This document shows positions 23,740-37,610 of a DNA stretch of 38,507 nucleotides, piece by piece (the stretch's first letter is position 1; each line of letters begins with the position of its first letter). The DNA comes from Seison nebaliae (taxonomy: Eukaryota), in assembly GCA_023231475.1 (NCBI GenBank), contig JALJEE010002409.1, positions 1 through 38,507 on the forward strand. The letters are read 5' to 3'. A program made the position numbers and the translations under genes. The notes under the pieces were generated by a model. It worked only from the letters and a program-made list of their open reading frames with translations. It was not told the origin of the DNA and searched no databases.

Positions 23740-26700
23740 TCAAATCAGCAATATGATATCACCATAAACATTCAATAAACATTCGGCCTGTTCGAGAAAT
23801 TGTTGTGAGATGAATAGAAAGAAAACGAACTTGATTCTTGTGAATGTTGTGTGTGATGAGAATTGTGGCGTAATTGGTGGAGATCATTGCGTTGCCACCA
23901 ATGGCTGTGATGTGTGATTTGAGACAAATTTGAACTTCGTTAAGAAATTGTTGAAGGAAGCCACTGATACCTCCATTCTCTTTCAACGATAACGTTTCCC
24001 GAATGAAGACCTTATTGAAATAGGATTTGTGTTCATACGGTAATTCGAGTCGATGGAATTTACTACTATAACATGATGGAACGAAACTGTTCGATGTAAT
24101 TATGATCTCACGTCGTTCCACGTCGTCTTATTAAAGAGAGGAAGAGAATGAGAATGAAGAGAAATTGAAGAGAAACTGTCACTCGTCGTTCTTGAGCGAA
24201 GTGTCTCGTTCAACATGTTCTTACTCTCGCCCGCTCGTATCGACACCGTCGGCTGATGAGTAGTATCGATTAATTTCCGTTTAATCATATTTTTTATCTT
24301 TTTATATGGATTGGTGAGCGAATCGGAAATTGGATGAAATGAATTAGAATGGAAAAATTTTTGAATTTGTTTTCTCTGATGCTGTTGTCGAACGGATGAC
24401 GATCGTTCCATATCTCTCAATTTCTTCTTGAAAACAATCGTAGATCCTTCCATCATCGTCGATTTTCCTCCTGTCATCGTCGATGATTCGGATGTCAATG
24501 GAATATCTACAGAAATACATTGAGAATGCACAATATTTATTCCATTTCCTCCCGTTGTCGTCTTCGTTGTTGTTGTTGTTGTTTTTGATGACGGTGATGG
24601 TGATAGTGATGGTGGAATGATCGGTGAAGGAATTGATGATTTTTCATTCAATGATGATAATTTATCACCATCATTTGATGGTTCATTGTCACTATTACAA
24701 GTGAAGAGTTGAAGTGACGACGGCGACGAAGAATTTTGTGGGGTCGAATGATTTTTTGAATTTTCATGATGATTTTCGTCCAATTGTCGTTTCAAATTTG
24801 ACGATTGTCCATTCAGACAATTGGGAGATGATTTCAATGAGAGAATATCACCAGTAACGATGAGAGTAAATCCTTCGTCTTCGAAAATATTAAAGGAAAT
24901 GTGAAAGGATGTGATGAGAATTGGAAGAAATCGAAAATATTCAAAATAAATCGAATATTTCAATTCGTTCACCATCTGATGATAGAATTGTTGTGTCAAT
25001 TTCTCATGATCATTCAAATGAATAACTCGAACAATCGTATCGATCAAATGTCCACCACACATCATCAGATGATCGATGAAATTCTCACAATTCATTTCGT
25101 TCGTTTCGAAAATTTCATCGCCATTCAAATAACCAACATATCTCTCATTAGTGCACATATATAAATTATTTAAATAATTCAATAAATCAAAATTATCGAT
25201 ATCGTCCAATAAATCGAAATCGCGAAATTCTTCCAATTGGAGAATGATCGAATTGTCCGATTTTACTTCCGTCAATTTTCTCCGTCTCGAATTTGTCGTC
25301 GTCGTCGTCGTTCGTTTCTGAAGTAAATGACGTCGTTTACGACGACGTTCATCATTTAATACGAATCGAGAACGAAATGTTTTGGGAAATCGAACACGTT
25401 CATTGTAAATGAGAGACAAATCGAATTGTCTGAGAATTCGGTCACGTTTCTCCAAATCGATTTGAAATAATTGAAGATTTTTTTTCAAACGTTCCTCCAA
25501 CAACACTTTCATATCATTTCCTAAATACATCCGATTCTTCAACATCAACGACGATGATAAATGAGAATTTTCATCTTTATCGAAAATTCGAATTGGCGAT
25601 GGCACCGGCAATGCCATCAAATGGAGAGCAGTTCCATTCATCGTGCCAATAATCTGAGTTTCGGAGATGGCTAAATTCGTTCGAATATTCCACAGACTGT
25701 TCATTCCACACAATTTCAATTTGGCCAACATTTGTCGATGAATTTCATATTCAATAAACGGTAAAATATCACTGATTTCTTTCGCTTTCGCATTATCGTC
25801 GTTAGATCGTTCGATTATCTGATCCATTCGATTCCGACGATAACTATCAATTTTATCATTTGTCATTCGTTTGACTCGTTGACGAATAACAATCGCTTCA
25901 AGTATCGTCGAATTTCCCAAAGTATTCCGTTTAACGACACGATCATCTTCTTCATCTTTTGAACAATTATTCAAAATTTGTGTTCCCATAAATATTGGTG
26001 GTTGCATCGTCGTATAAAGGAATGACGACACTTTCGCACTTTGACAACAACAACAATTTCTCAATTGAGAAGCGAAAGCATTTCCATCTTCATCACCTTC
26101 ATTATCATCTTCATTTTTCTTCAATTTCTTCTCCTCATCATCTTTCTTGTTGTTGTTGCTGTTGTTGTCGATACTTCGATTATTATTCTCTATAGATAAA
26201 TTATTATTATTTGAATTTACATTGAAACTATCATGACAAATGTCATTAGATTTTCGATGATTATCATCTGTGATGGTTTTCGAAATTTTCAATCGATCCG
26301 ATCTCGATCCACCACCTAATGATGATGGACATGCTTCATCATCTTCTTTACCTGTATCTTCATTCTCATTCAAATAAACGTCAACTTGACGATGTCGACG
26401 ACGACGATAAAATGGAGCATGAAAAATACGACAACGGAAACGAACCAATCTTTCATCTCGTTGATGTTTTCTTATGTAGACGTGTTCGGGGAAATCGGAT
26501 ATGGTACTCAAATTACGAACATTCATCACAACTGCTGTTCCTGTAGCTGTTAAGAGAATTAACTCTTCATAAATTGTCGTATATTCACTGTAACCGACAA
26601 CGACGTTACATTTCAATGATTTCATATGTTCACGTAATTCACTTCTTACTTCCATCCACCATGTCGTTCTTGCATCTCCATAATCAAGTGTCATATCTCG

Positions 26701-28309
26701 TTTCTTTAAAATCTTCACAGCTCTCGCCATTACCAAACCGCCATATGATCTGATAATTCCTGATGGAAATGTATCGATAGTAAAAAATGGATATTCTATC
26801 AATTCCAACGATGTCTCTTTCTGTTGTTTTCTCCAATAATTTATCATCGATCTAAATGAATCATCGACGAGATCATTCAAATAATTCTTCACATTCTCTC
26901 CATTTACATTCAACATCTTTTCATTCTCCTCACAATTTTGATGGTTTCTCATCTCTTCATCATCATCATCGTCAATATCATCATCATCATTCATTAGACT
27001 ATGTTGATTTTTTCGAAATAATCTTTTTGGTTTATTAAACAAACTTAATTGATTGTTGTTGTTGTTGTTTTGATTTGGATTTGAAATTATCATTTTTTTA
27101 TTCGATGATGATGAAGAAGAAGAAGAAGAAGAAGAAGATGATGATGATGAAGATGAAGATGATGATGATGAAATTGATAAAAGTGAATCTTGTTTTTTTG
27201 GACTGACAATTTTCTTCTCATTCAAATTCAATTGAGATAAACGATAAAGTCGAAGATATAATCGATATAATCGATAACTAATCCATAAATCTTGTGGAAT
27301 TTTTATGAGACGAACAGCTGTTCCAATTCCTCTCACCACCAATCCTGTCCGTCCTTCAACATCGAACGATTGTTTATATCCGATTAATGTATTGGCATCT
27401 AAATCGAATGCTTTATGTCCAACACGTCTCTCCATCTCTCCACTCAATTGGGAGAACAATCGTTGTCGGACATCGTTCGATGTTCGCGGTGTTCTAATCT
27501 TATCCATCCAATCATGTTCCGGATCGCCATAACAAACGACTTCTTCGACTAAACCGCAATATTTCTGAATGACATGTCCATATGGAATGTTCGTCGATGC
27601 TAACAACTTAATTCCACAAGATGATTTTCGGAATTGATTTATATCAGAAAATAATTTCAATTTAACAATGACATGTAATTCACCTCGAATTCCATGAATC
27701 GTGTCATAGATGGGGAGATACGCGTCGACGATATTTCGATTCGTTTTCATTTCTTTCTCTGTCGTCGTTCGATCTTCTTTTTTCAATCGACTCAGAATAT
27801 CATTCAAAATTCCTCCGATCAATTTCTCTTCACATTTCTCGCCATTCATCTTCTCTTTCAATAACTTGTCAATATCATTCAATCTCTCAATTATCATATC
27901 ATCATCATGATGTTGTTGATGAGATAAAAGTGACGTCAATCGGAACAATATCGTTCCAATAACATCACGCGACGTATAAGTGGAATGATGATAAATTCTT
28001 GAAAGAATTAAATGATTTTAATTTTCACTGAAAATTTTAACCGAATTTGAATCGGTTCATCTTGCAAATCGATTTCTTCCACTTCAAATGTGAACGAACT
28101 AGAATTGAAAATGGGATTGATCGTTTTCCTTATAACTTCAGTTCGTTGAACTGAATTTTTGAAACGAACCTAAACAAACGAACGACATTTAAGTGAAACG
28201 ATTAAATTCTAAATTAAACCTCCACAAATGCATCGGTCGATCCATTACCATTATCCATGATAGGTAAGGATCGGGCCGCTGCAATCTTTACTGATAGAAT
28301 GGCTGGCAT
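23740..28309 (-). CDS. C2CD5: C2 domain-containing protein 5 (CDP138/KIAA0528 orthologue), 5 exons
   Basis: Exons 28309-28220, 28169-28042, 27997-24177, 24126-23831, 23787-23740. N-terminal C2 domain MPAILSVKIAAARSLPIMD...STDAFVEVRF. Family motifs LPIYDTIHGIRGEL, DPEHDWMDKIRTPRTSN, ISDILPFIEYEIHRQM, VFIRE and IGGNAM. C-terminus AECLLNVYGDII. Confidence 0.93.
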
Positions 28310-29008
28310 CTAACTTTTCAAATGTAAAACATTCTCCCAAAATTTCTCCTAAAGCCTAATATTTAAATTTTGTTCTAACATTTAATTCTCCATCGATCTC
28401 ACTGAATAATTCTTTCAACATTTTTCAAAGCTTCTAATTCGAATTTTCTTCCAAATTTTAAGGAAGGTTTTTGAACGAGCTCCCAACAAATGATAAAGCC
28501 AACATTTTTAAAATGAGAAAAAAATAAACATTTTATTTGAACATCGGAAACTTCAGCTTACGATGTCGTAACGATGATATGTATTTTCAATGCAATCGAT
28601 TATTTCCATGATCTGTGAATAATTATGAACGTAATTTGTTAAAGAAAAATAAAAGTTAATAATTGATCTAATATAATTATGATTAAAATTAAATTCCTGT
28701 CGGATGATAAATATGATTTGAAAAATGGGGAAGGCATAATTGAAATTTAGTTTCGCTAATTTTATTTTTTTTTTGTTTGATTTATCGATTCTAATGGTAA
28801 TTTACTTTTGGGAATGATGAATCCGTCAATTTTACTTTATATTCTCATTCATTTTAATTTCCAAATTATCCACTGCAACTTCACCAGTTAGTTACCATTA
28901 GAGAACAATTATTAAACTTTATCGATCTGACTAGATCACCTCAAATGTGCCGTTACAAATGTCAAAGTTAGATAAATCTGAAATCACTAAATTTATTTAT
29001 TAAAAAGT

Positions 29009-30492
29009 ATCCGAAAAAATTCTTTCCCGATCTCCACGAAAATGTCATGAAAACATTAGGTGACGAATTACGCAGCGCCAACAATTATTGGCTGACTGTA
29101 CTTTCGTTGGATGTGGTGGAAACGAACAAAATTAAACATCTTCTACCATCCAAGAAATTAACAAAAATTACTGAACAGACAAAACTCTATTTCCACCGAA
29201 GACGAATTACTCCGATAATTATGAAACCGAGAAATATTCCTTCGTTGATGGAATGTCGAACTTATGAGTCGTATGAATTGAACTCGAGTACCGTTTCGAA
29301 AATTAATGGGAATGGACCTCCACATTATAAGCAATATAAAATAAATGTTTTCGTTTTTAAATTATTTTAAGTTTAATTTTCTCTTGAAGAAAATTCTTGG
29401 TAAGGGCGTACAAGGTTCGGTATTGGAAGTGGCGAATAACGGTAAAGAATATGCCTTGAAAGGTTTTTCCTAAATTTTTTATCATTTTCAAATTTCATCC
29501 ATAATATCATCAGTCTTCAATAGCGCCAGTGATTTCATTCTTCAATTGAATTCGTTAATCGCTTATAATACGATGTTCAATCAGTTACAAATTCATCATC
29601 TGTCTCAAGGAGCAAATCAAATTTTCAATTTGGGTTACAAATTTCACGGTAGTCGTTCAGGTTAGGAAGTCTATTTTACCGTCCGTTATGTGTTGTTTTG
29701 AAAAGATTATAATCTGATCGAATATCACCAACCATTCTGTTTGTTGATGTCGAAATTACACGGGAAGATGTATATGTATTCGGAATTTCGCTACCGAAAT
29801 TTCGCCCGAATGACACCCGTCAAAATGAAGCGAGCTCTAAAAGTCATCATTCTCGTCTTCCGACAAATGCAACTACTTCACTTCACTTATAATGAATATT
29901 CGATATTTCGAAATGACAAAGTCTCCAATTTATAATTAGAATTTTGAAAAAAATTTCTTTCCAGTTATTCAGTAGTCGAACTTTCACTTCATTCCACGGC
30001 GATATTCATAGTGCGAATATAATGATGGTGAATCACAAGAAGTTCGGTGCCGATTTCCCCCAATTCATCGACGTCGGTTTTGCAGTTTCATGGCTGATGG
30101 ATAATCCGTTCAAGATATTAGTTTACAATTATAACCGACTTGTTTTGGATGAACATGTACCATTTAACTTAAGATCGATACATCATAAAGTCGTCCCTAA
30201 GAAAATGTTGTTGAGTTTCCTACAGGTCATGGACTTTTGTATGTTCTGGTTCATTATCATCGACTCATTCATATCAACCATCCGATGGACTGGACCACCA
30301 ATGGGTTTCTGTGAGGAACTGATGGAAACACGAGAGCCGAAAAGTAAACGTATATTGAAACCACAACGACTTTATTTACATTTTGGAAAGTCTTTTCTTT
30401 GGCCACTATTAAGTCGGATGTTTCAAGTGCACAGCGATACGCAAATATACGGTGATACGTGGTTAAAAATTTATACAATCCTCAAAGTGTAA
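29009..30492 (+). CDS. Divergent protein kinase-like gene (5' exon(s) unresolved)
   Basis: The spliced reading gives Gly loop ILGKGVQGSV (~29390-29420), EYALK, catalytic loop HGDIHSAN (~29995-30018) and DVG in place of DFG. Introns 29463-29513, ~29661-29706 and ~29921-29964 keep the frame. Stop at 30492. Confidence 0.75.
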
Positions 30493-31028
30493 GTAATGAA
30501 TTTAAGTTTCTATTTATCATTTCTTCATTTTTCTTCTAATCTCGTCATGTCATTGTGAGAAAAATAGTCGAATCATCAAAATCTTTCCCATTATTATTCT
30601 CATGAATTTAATCATTTTAATTTTTCTTTTACAAATTAAAAAAACTTATATAATTATTTTTATTAATAATTAAGGACGAATAAATATAATTAAAAAAATT
30701 TTCCTTCTTTTCATTTTATGAAGATTTTTATTCTAACAATTCGATAAATTTCCAAAATCGATTTTTAAACAAATCCATCCAAAAATCCTAGTTTAGATTA
30801 ATAATTAGATTTTGAATATTTTCAACAATTGAAAAATTTATCAAATTAGAAATAAGACAAATAATTATTGATAACAAATGAAGAGTGAAGATGGTTTAGA
30901 TGAATATATTTTTGAAAATAAAATTAAAGAGATGTTTTGAGAAATTAGAATAGATCGTTACTAAATCTGTAATAATTAGAGATGAAGAGAAAATGTGAAG
31001 AATGTTCGAAAAAGAAATTTAAGAAATT

Positions 31029-32039
31029 TCACTCCCACTTCTCCCAATCGTCTTCATTAATTTCTTCATTTTTTTCTTCAGTCATCTTCTCTTCTCCTTC
31101 TTTCGATATGTTGCTATCAATCGATTCCAAATATTCCGTTTTCTGGATTTCCGACGAAGTTAACGATACCTTATCGATTGATTCACTAGAATTGGATTTC
31201 CTCTCAACATTCGTCGAATCGTCTTTTTCCCCAGTTGCTTTCCAATCATCATCCCAACTCTGTTTCTCCACTTCATCTTCATTCAATTTGTTTTCCGTCT
31301 CTTTCTCTTGAAATCGATTTAATAAATTTTTACGATTCTCTTCTCGTTTCTCCACCGATTGTAATCGGTAGAAATATCTTTTCCAAAAATTCTCATAATC
31401 AACTTCTTTCGGTACAAGTTGATGGAATAATTTCGTAATTGGTGACTCATTATTTTTCATTATTTCGTCGATTTTCTCTTTGACCGTCTCATCATCCAAA
31501 TTAAAATTGTTCAATTGATCTTCTTCATTTTCTGTCAATTCTTTCGTGAATGTTTCTCGATCGGATTGAAGTTCGATTAATTCCATTTCAAATCGACCAA
31601 CTGCATCACCATTTGGATGAATTAATGTAGTTGTCGTTGAATTGGATGGAAGATTTGGATCGATTTCAAAAGCAGATTGAGCGAAATCAGTCGCTACTTG
31701 TGCCGTCTTCTCTAAAGCATCGGCAGCTAATTCCATCGCTTTAGATGAATAGAAATTAAAAGAATTGAAAATATTCGATAATTGATTCGTTTCTTCTTCG
31801 TCATTCTTTTCCATTTTCTCATTCTCACTCGTCTTATCAATGGGTGATGGTCGAATTTCCGTTTCGAGTTCTTTTGCTTTTTCACTGATGAATTCACCAG
31901 AATCATGTTGCATCGTTCGCTTAAGTTCGGTAAGATCTTCGTTAATTATCGAGAAAGCTTCATATGATTTCTGTTTCGTCGTCTCAATGATCGATTGATA
32001 CCAATTCGTCAAATTATTCTCTTCTTTTTCCTCCTTCAT
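31029..32039 (-). CDS. BSDC1: BSD domain-containing protein (BSDC1-like), intronless, 336 aa
   Basis: BSD signature LFHQLVPKEVDYENFWKRYFYRL; N-terminal TKQKSYEAFSIINEDLTEL; acidic C-terminus ending DDWEKWE. Confidence 0.85.
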   Translation of the reverse strand: MKEEKEENNLTNWYQSIIETTKQKSYEAFSIINEDLTELKRTMQHDSGEFISEKAKELETEIRPSPIDKTSENEKMEKNDEEETNQLSNIFNSFNFYSSKAMELAADALEKTAQVATDFAQSAFEIDPNLPSNSTTTTLIHPNGDAVGRFEMELIELQSDRETFTKELTENEEDQLNNFNLDDETVKEKIDEIMKNNESPITKLFHQLVPKEVDYENFWKRYFYRLQSVEKREENRKNLLNRFQEKETENKLNEDEVEKQSWDDDWKATGEKDDSTNVERKSNSSESIDKVSLTSSEIQKTEYLESIDSNISKEGEEKMTEEKNEEINEDDWEKWE

Positions 32040-32678
32040 TTTACCTTTTCTTTTTCAAATCACAAACAAAACATCAATCCCCAAATTTGATTAGAAATGT
32101 TCAAATTGAACTTTTTGTTTTCCTGGTGATAATCGACAGCGTTTATCTATGATCTTTTCGCTTTAATCGAATTTACATAGAAATGAAGAAAAACAAAAAA
32201 AGAATTTTCATATAATCTATCATTAATTCTTTTACTCGTCAATATTAGTCAATGAAAATTTCGAAGAAAATTTCTCGATTTTCAAAAAAGTAGGCTCTTC
32301 TCCAAATCACTTTTTACCATTTTCATTTCCATTTTATTTACCATCTCTCCTTCATATTAGAGGTCAATCGATTATTGTTCATGGATAAAAATGAGGAATA
32401 CATGTTTATGCATTTTTATCGATCGGACCCAATGGTCTGTTCAATGCGTCCTTATTTTTTACTCTCCTCACAGAAACCATTAGATATGATTCTGATATGA
32501 TTCTCTTCGATTACTTTTTATTGATTATTTAATTGATTTTTATGGAAATTTGAATAAATCTTTTTCAACAATACCATACATTGAAAGCAAATTAACTTTA
32601 TCGATTAGTTTCATGAAGTTATATTTTGATCCACATTCGACATACTTGGAAATTTAATATTTTCTGATTTGTTTCTAA

Positions 32679-35600
32679 ATGTTTCGAATTAACTTACTTC
32701 TACTATTCCTACTCCCATTCTGTTTAGTTGATGGTAAATATTTTATTCCTCCTGTTATAACTGCTTCTGTAAGTTATAACTCGACCACCACACCTCCTGA
32801 CACCCTTGTCACTAGCGAAACGACGTTGAAAGTTCGTCAATTCGAAACTTTAACATTTTCGGAGGGAGATAAAAATAATGGAATAATAAAAACGATTCAT
32901 GTCCATCAATCGAATAATTCTCAATTTATTCTCCATTTCAACAATGTGAAGAATTTGGATGATGTGCCATGTTCCATCGACTACACCGACCATCTACCAT
33001 CACTAAGTAATTTTGCAGTTAATTTTCACTATTCTCCACTTGTCTCCCAAATTGAATTTTAGAGTAAGTCCTTCAAAATTAGTTATCTTGCTCAAGTAGT
33101 TTCGAATCCGAACTTTCAGGTGGATGTGGTGGTGGTGGAGAGAACACGTCAATTCCATTTCCCCACCACTTCCATCACCATCCAAGTGATGTATGATGAG
33201 AAAGTGGCGGAGGAGCGACTTGTCCACATCGCTGAAGATTCGAGCAATTTCCTTATGGTTGAATCTGTGGAAATTGACGGTATAGAGGGAATATTTTCTC
33301 GAGGTTTGGCTTAAGTCATTTCCTGAAATTTCACACCATCTTTTTTTTTCGTATAATAGAAAGACAATCGTATTTCGAAGGACAAGTATCATTTAGGCCA
33401 AATGAATTATTCGGTCGATATACGATGAGTTTGCTGGTTTGTATCCAAAGTTTCGTACCATATTCAATGAATATCGGTTCGAGGAGAATTAGCCATGAAA
33501 AATTGTTTCCCGTCTTTTCTTACCGACATGGTAAATCGAATACAGAGACATGTGGTTACTCTTATTTTTATCGAGTACCGTTCAAAGTTGATGTGATGAA
33601 TATGAATTCGATGGAATATATAAATTTTAAATATCTCGGAAGATACACGGGCGAACGGAGTAGCGTAAAAATTAGGGTATATGTTAACATCTATCCATTG
33701 GCCAGAAGATTATCTTCCACATTGAAATATGATGTGGAAGGAATGGAAGGAATGGAAGGAATGGAATCTGATGACAACGTTAATCTTCTTCTTATTCATT
33801 CATTATCATCATTGGTATGTAGACTACGACATCGACGACAACGGCTCCACCGACGACAACGGCTCCACCGTCGATCATAGATTATCATTATGAACAGGAA
33901 ATTGAATTCAATTCAATTGGATGTGGCAAAATTACCGTTCTTCTACGAAACATTGAATTATATGCAGAGAATCATACATTCTCCATCAACACATACGATT
34001 ACAATATCAAATATGTGGTTGTTGATCATCTTTATCGATTGGAAGAAAAATTGGAGAAACATTTCCCTCCAGTCAACAGTTCTGCCAAATCGATTCAAAT
34101 TGAATTGAAAGACATTTCGATGTTGGACGGCGATGTAATAAAGTTTGACATTTATTTGACTACTTCAATTTGAAATATTTCTAAATTAGAATTGATATTT
34201 ATATCCAATCTTATGGAAATGAATCGATACCGGAACAATTAACAATCCAATTGGGATTTGATGGAAATTATGAAAGTTTTCCTTTCATTTGAAATTTTAT
34301 TTTTTAAATTTATAAAATGACAGATGACACATTCACTACCATCATTTCAAATGATACGAATAAGAGTCTGGTGGAAATGGACGTTCCACAAGACACATTC
34401 TCCAAACTAGGTCAAACTCAACCGTTCATATTGAAGATAAAGTTTACGAAAGCTATCAATTTGTTGAATGAAATTCCTTTAAAACTCAACATACAATTGA
34501 AGAGTGGAGGATATAAAAGTTCGTTTTATTTGGATGATTATCAGATCGATTCCTCCATCAATTACAATGACGTCAAAATTAATAAGAATAATACATTTTT
34601 CATATGGATTTCTGATATGTTTGTTTCCAATCAAACTCAACCGGAAATATTGATCCGTTTCCAACTGCGTCATTATTCCGATTTTACATTTAACGGTATC
34701 TCTTATGTCCTCACATACAACGACGAAACATTCACCACCTTCTCCACCGATTCTCAATTCCCATCATTATTCGACGAAGCGACATTCTCTTTCCTCCCAT
34801 CCATCACCTATCAATTGACTACGAACGTTTATTTCACCAATTTCACCATTCCCACCCTCCTCTATCCATCACCACGATGTGTCCAGATAATTTTTGAAAG
34901 TTTTTTTCATTTCTTATAATTAAATCAAAATTTCTATCAAAATTTTCTAGGCGAACACATTACGGATATAGTGGAGCCATTCTATTCCGAAGGAGCAACC
35001 TCACCCCAACTGTTGGAGAATAATGCGACAAACGTTTATGTGACTAAACCATTTTGTTCATCGACATACAAGTCGTTTGTTCTCATTTATTCGTCGACGA
35101 ACAAACCGAACATCTCCTACACTTTTGTCAGTGCCAGTCAATCGTTCTATATGAATAGTTTGATGACAATAAGAAAATACCGAAATGCTGAGATGACAAC
35201 GAATCTCGTCACTGACTTGACCCCATTTATAATTCCAAAAGTTGTCCAATTGAATTACGGAGAAGTCGTTGTACAAAGTATAGAAATCTATTTTGCGTTT
35301 AAAAATCCGGAAATAAACAAATTCTTCAGCGGCGACGTCAATATAACGGTTACTCCGGGATTGTCTCGATTGAGAATGAAAAAATCATCTGGCTTCTTTC
35401 CCAGCAACATTACCATCAGTCAAATATCCGATTATTTTTGGTAGTATTTTTCTTCATTTATATAATTTTAAAACGTCCATATTAGGTCCGTTTCAGGCCT
35501 GGCTACAAACTCCCACTTCCTTCCCCCAAGTACTAAATATTTTCTCCAATTGGATGTTAATATGAGAGCAAATCGTGGAATAACAACAAAAAATTTCCAA

Positions 35601-37610
35601 GAGAATAATGTAGCGAATTTACAATTTGCTCATCATTCGGTCCGTTTGCGATCGCAAAATCGTGGAATGAGTTGTGTGATGAAAATCGATGCCAATTATG
35701 TATCGTATAACTCTCGAATTCATTTACCGTTTGATAGAGGAACGAGCAACATAAGACGTCTATATGTACCGCAGAATATGAACATGTCATATACTGAATT
35801 CTTCGCTTTCTCTGTCTTCACCAAATCCATAGTTAACGCGCCACCCACTCTCAGTATTCGAAATATTGAGGTATATACGATAGATTTTGCGACTTACAAT
35901 CATTCCAAAGTTACATTTACTCCCAGTACCGGATTTCCCGCCCCTTTGGCATCCATCAATTTGACAGGAATTGATATTAAACGAAGTGAATGGAAGATAA
36001 TTCTTATCATCACTATGCAATTATTAAATTTTGAAATTAAAACACTTAACATTTTCTACTTGATGGACACGTCGCACACATTAGGTTTCTTTCGCGATCG
36101 TTTTATATTATCTGGTACGTTGCCAATCGCTGCCGATTTCGATGTAGAAATATCGCCAAATGGTCTTGTTGATAATCGGTTAGTTCTCTCTCCATACAGG
36201 TTTTATTTCCTTTTCTTTTAGCGAATATCAACGCTCAATCAATTTAACTATGGCCGTTCGAGGTACATCTTATTTCGGCGTAGTTGAACCGACAATTTAC
36301 TTTTATATTCCCACGTCTGTCAAAAACATATCATTAGATTATATCGGTTCAAATACCGGTCGAAATTTATCGTATACTCTTCACCATTCCCAATATACGT
36401 TTAAAATAAAACTAAACAAAATTGACATTGAGGAGATATTGGAATTTCAATTCGATTTCATTATCGATTCAGAGAATCTCCACGAACTCTTTTCCAGACA
36501 TCAGAGAATTTACCGAATTAATTTGGCTTATGAAATTCGTTATTTCTTATCCTATAAAAACCAGAAAGCACCGACAACATTCCATGTATTCGAATTGGAG
36601 TATGAAGAAGATCTCTCATTTGAACATGTTCATTGGAATTACAATCCCCAAATTCATAAGAACATGTTATTTATCAATTTGTCGGAAGCGAGTATCATCG
36701 AATCGATAATGATCAACTCGAAAACCATCTTCACTTGGACCCTAAGCATTCAATTACTTAATGGAACGTTCACCGAAGTCGTCAATGGAGTTCATATGGA
36801 AAACAATAAAAATTTCAATTCAACAACCGAAGAAAAATCATCTTTATTGAAATTGGAAATATTCACCATTACTCAAGCATCTCTAATCGACGTATACCTT
36901 CTAACGAACACTTCAATAACATCAGGTTTTTTTTTAATTAGATTTTTCCCAAATTTTTAATTTTTTCTTTTAATTTTATTTCTTATATAATTTTTTAGAA
37001 TACTTTTTCAAAGACCCATCCGAATATCCGATTTATTACGATGAATATAATAATGACACATTTCTGGAAATTCCTTTATCGATCGGGAAATTTATTTTAT
37101 TAAGATGTCTTGATACTAAACGAGGTCCGGAATGTTACCATATTAATAAAACGGGAATTTTTGGTTTTCATTTTCTTTTTTCCAAATTCTTCACTATTAT
37201 TAGTCCTGTCAAATGACGTTGGATGCCTAGTTGACTATGTTCGTGTCACTTACATCGACCAGAAAATTGACGACGTTCATTTAGTTTTCGGAATAACTAA
37301 CGACAAAAATAAGATGTTAGTGTCGTCGAATTTCGGAGCGACTTGGAAACATTTCGATACAAATCTAAAAAGAGAAGTTTCCATTTCTTTATGAGCGTCC
37401 TAATTTGGAAATTCCCCTTTTATTTCAGATAGAGAACCTGTCATCGGAACTCCATGGTGTAACGATAACACATGCTCAACGATTCCCAAACAATGTTGAT
37501 GGAAACGGCTATCAAAGTTCGTAGGAATCTTCTCACAAGTTTTTTATTAAACCTTTTTTTTAGTTGAAAATGGCAAAATATCGATTGATGGTGAAGCAAT
37601 TTTCATTTAA
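32679..37610 (+). CDS. Multi-exon, probably secreted protein of unknown function (may be more than one gene)
   Basis: Signal peptide MFRINLLLLFLLPFCLVDG, then a chain of plus-strand ORFs separated by short AT-rich GT-AG gaps. Many NxS/T sequons, a TTSTTTAPPTTTAPP linker (~33823-33870) and Asp-box-like SSNFGATW (~37323). Likely last exon 37564-37610. Exon boundaries only partly resolved. Confidence 0.65.

Noticed and set aside
28928..28947. miR-279-like TGACTAGATC
   Set aside because: No complementary arm upstream; probably part of the kinase gene's 5' region.
33736..33870. GGAAGGAAT x3 and an 18-bp direct duplication, considered as CRISPR-like or mobile repeats
   Set aside because: Simple tandem repeats without spacers: one intronic, one encoding a Thr/Pro linker.
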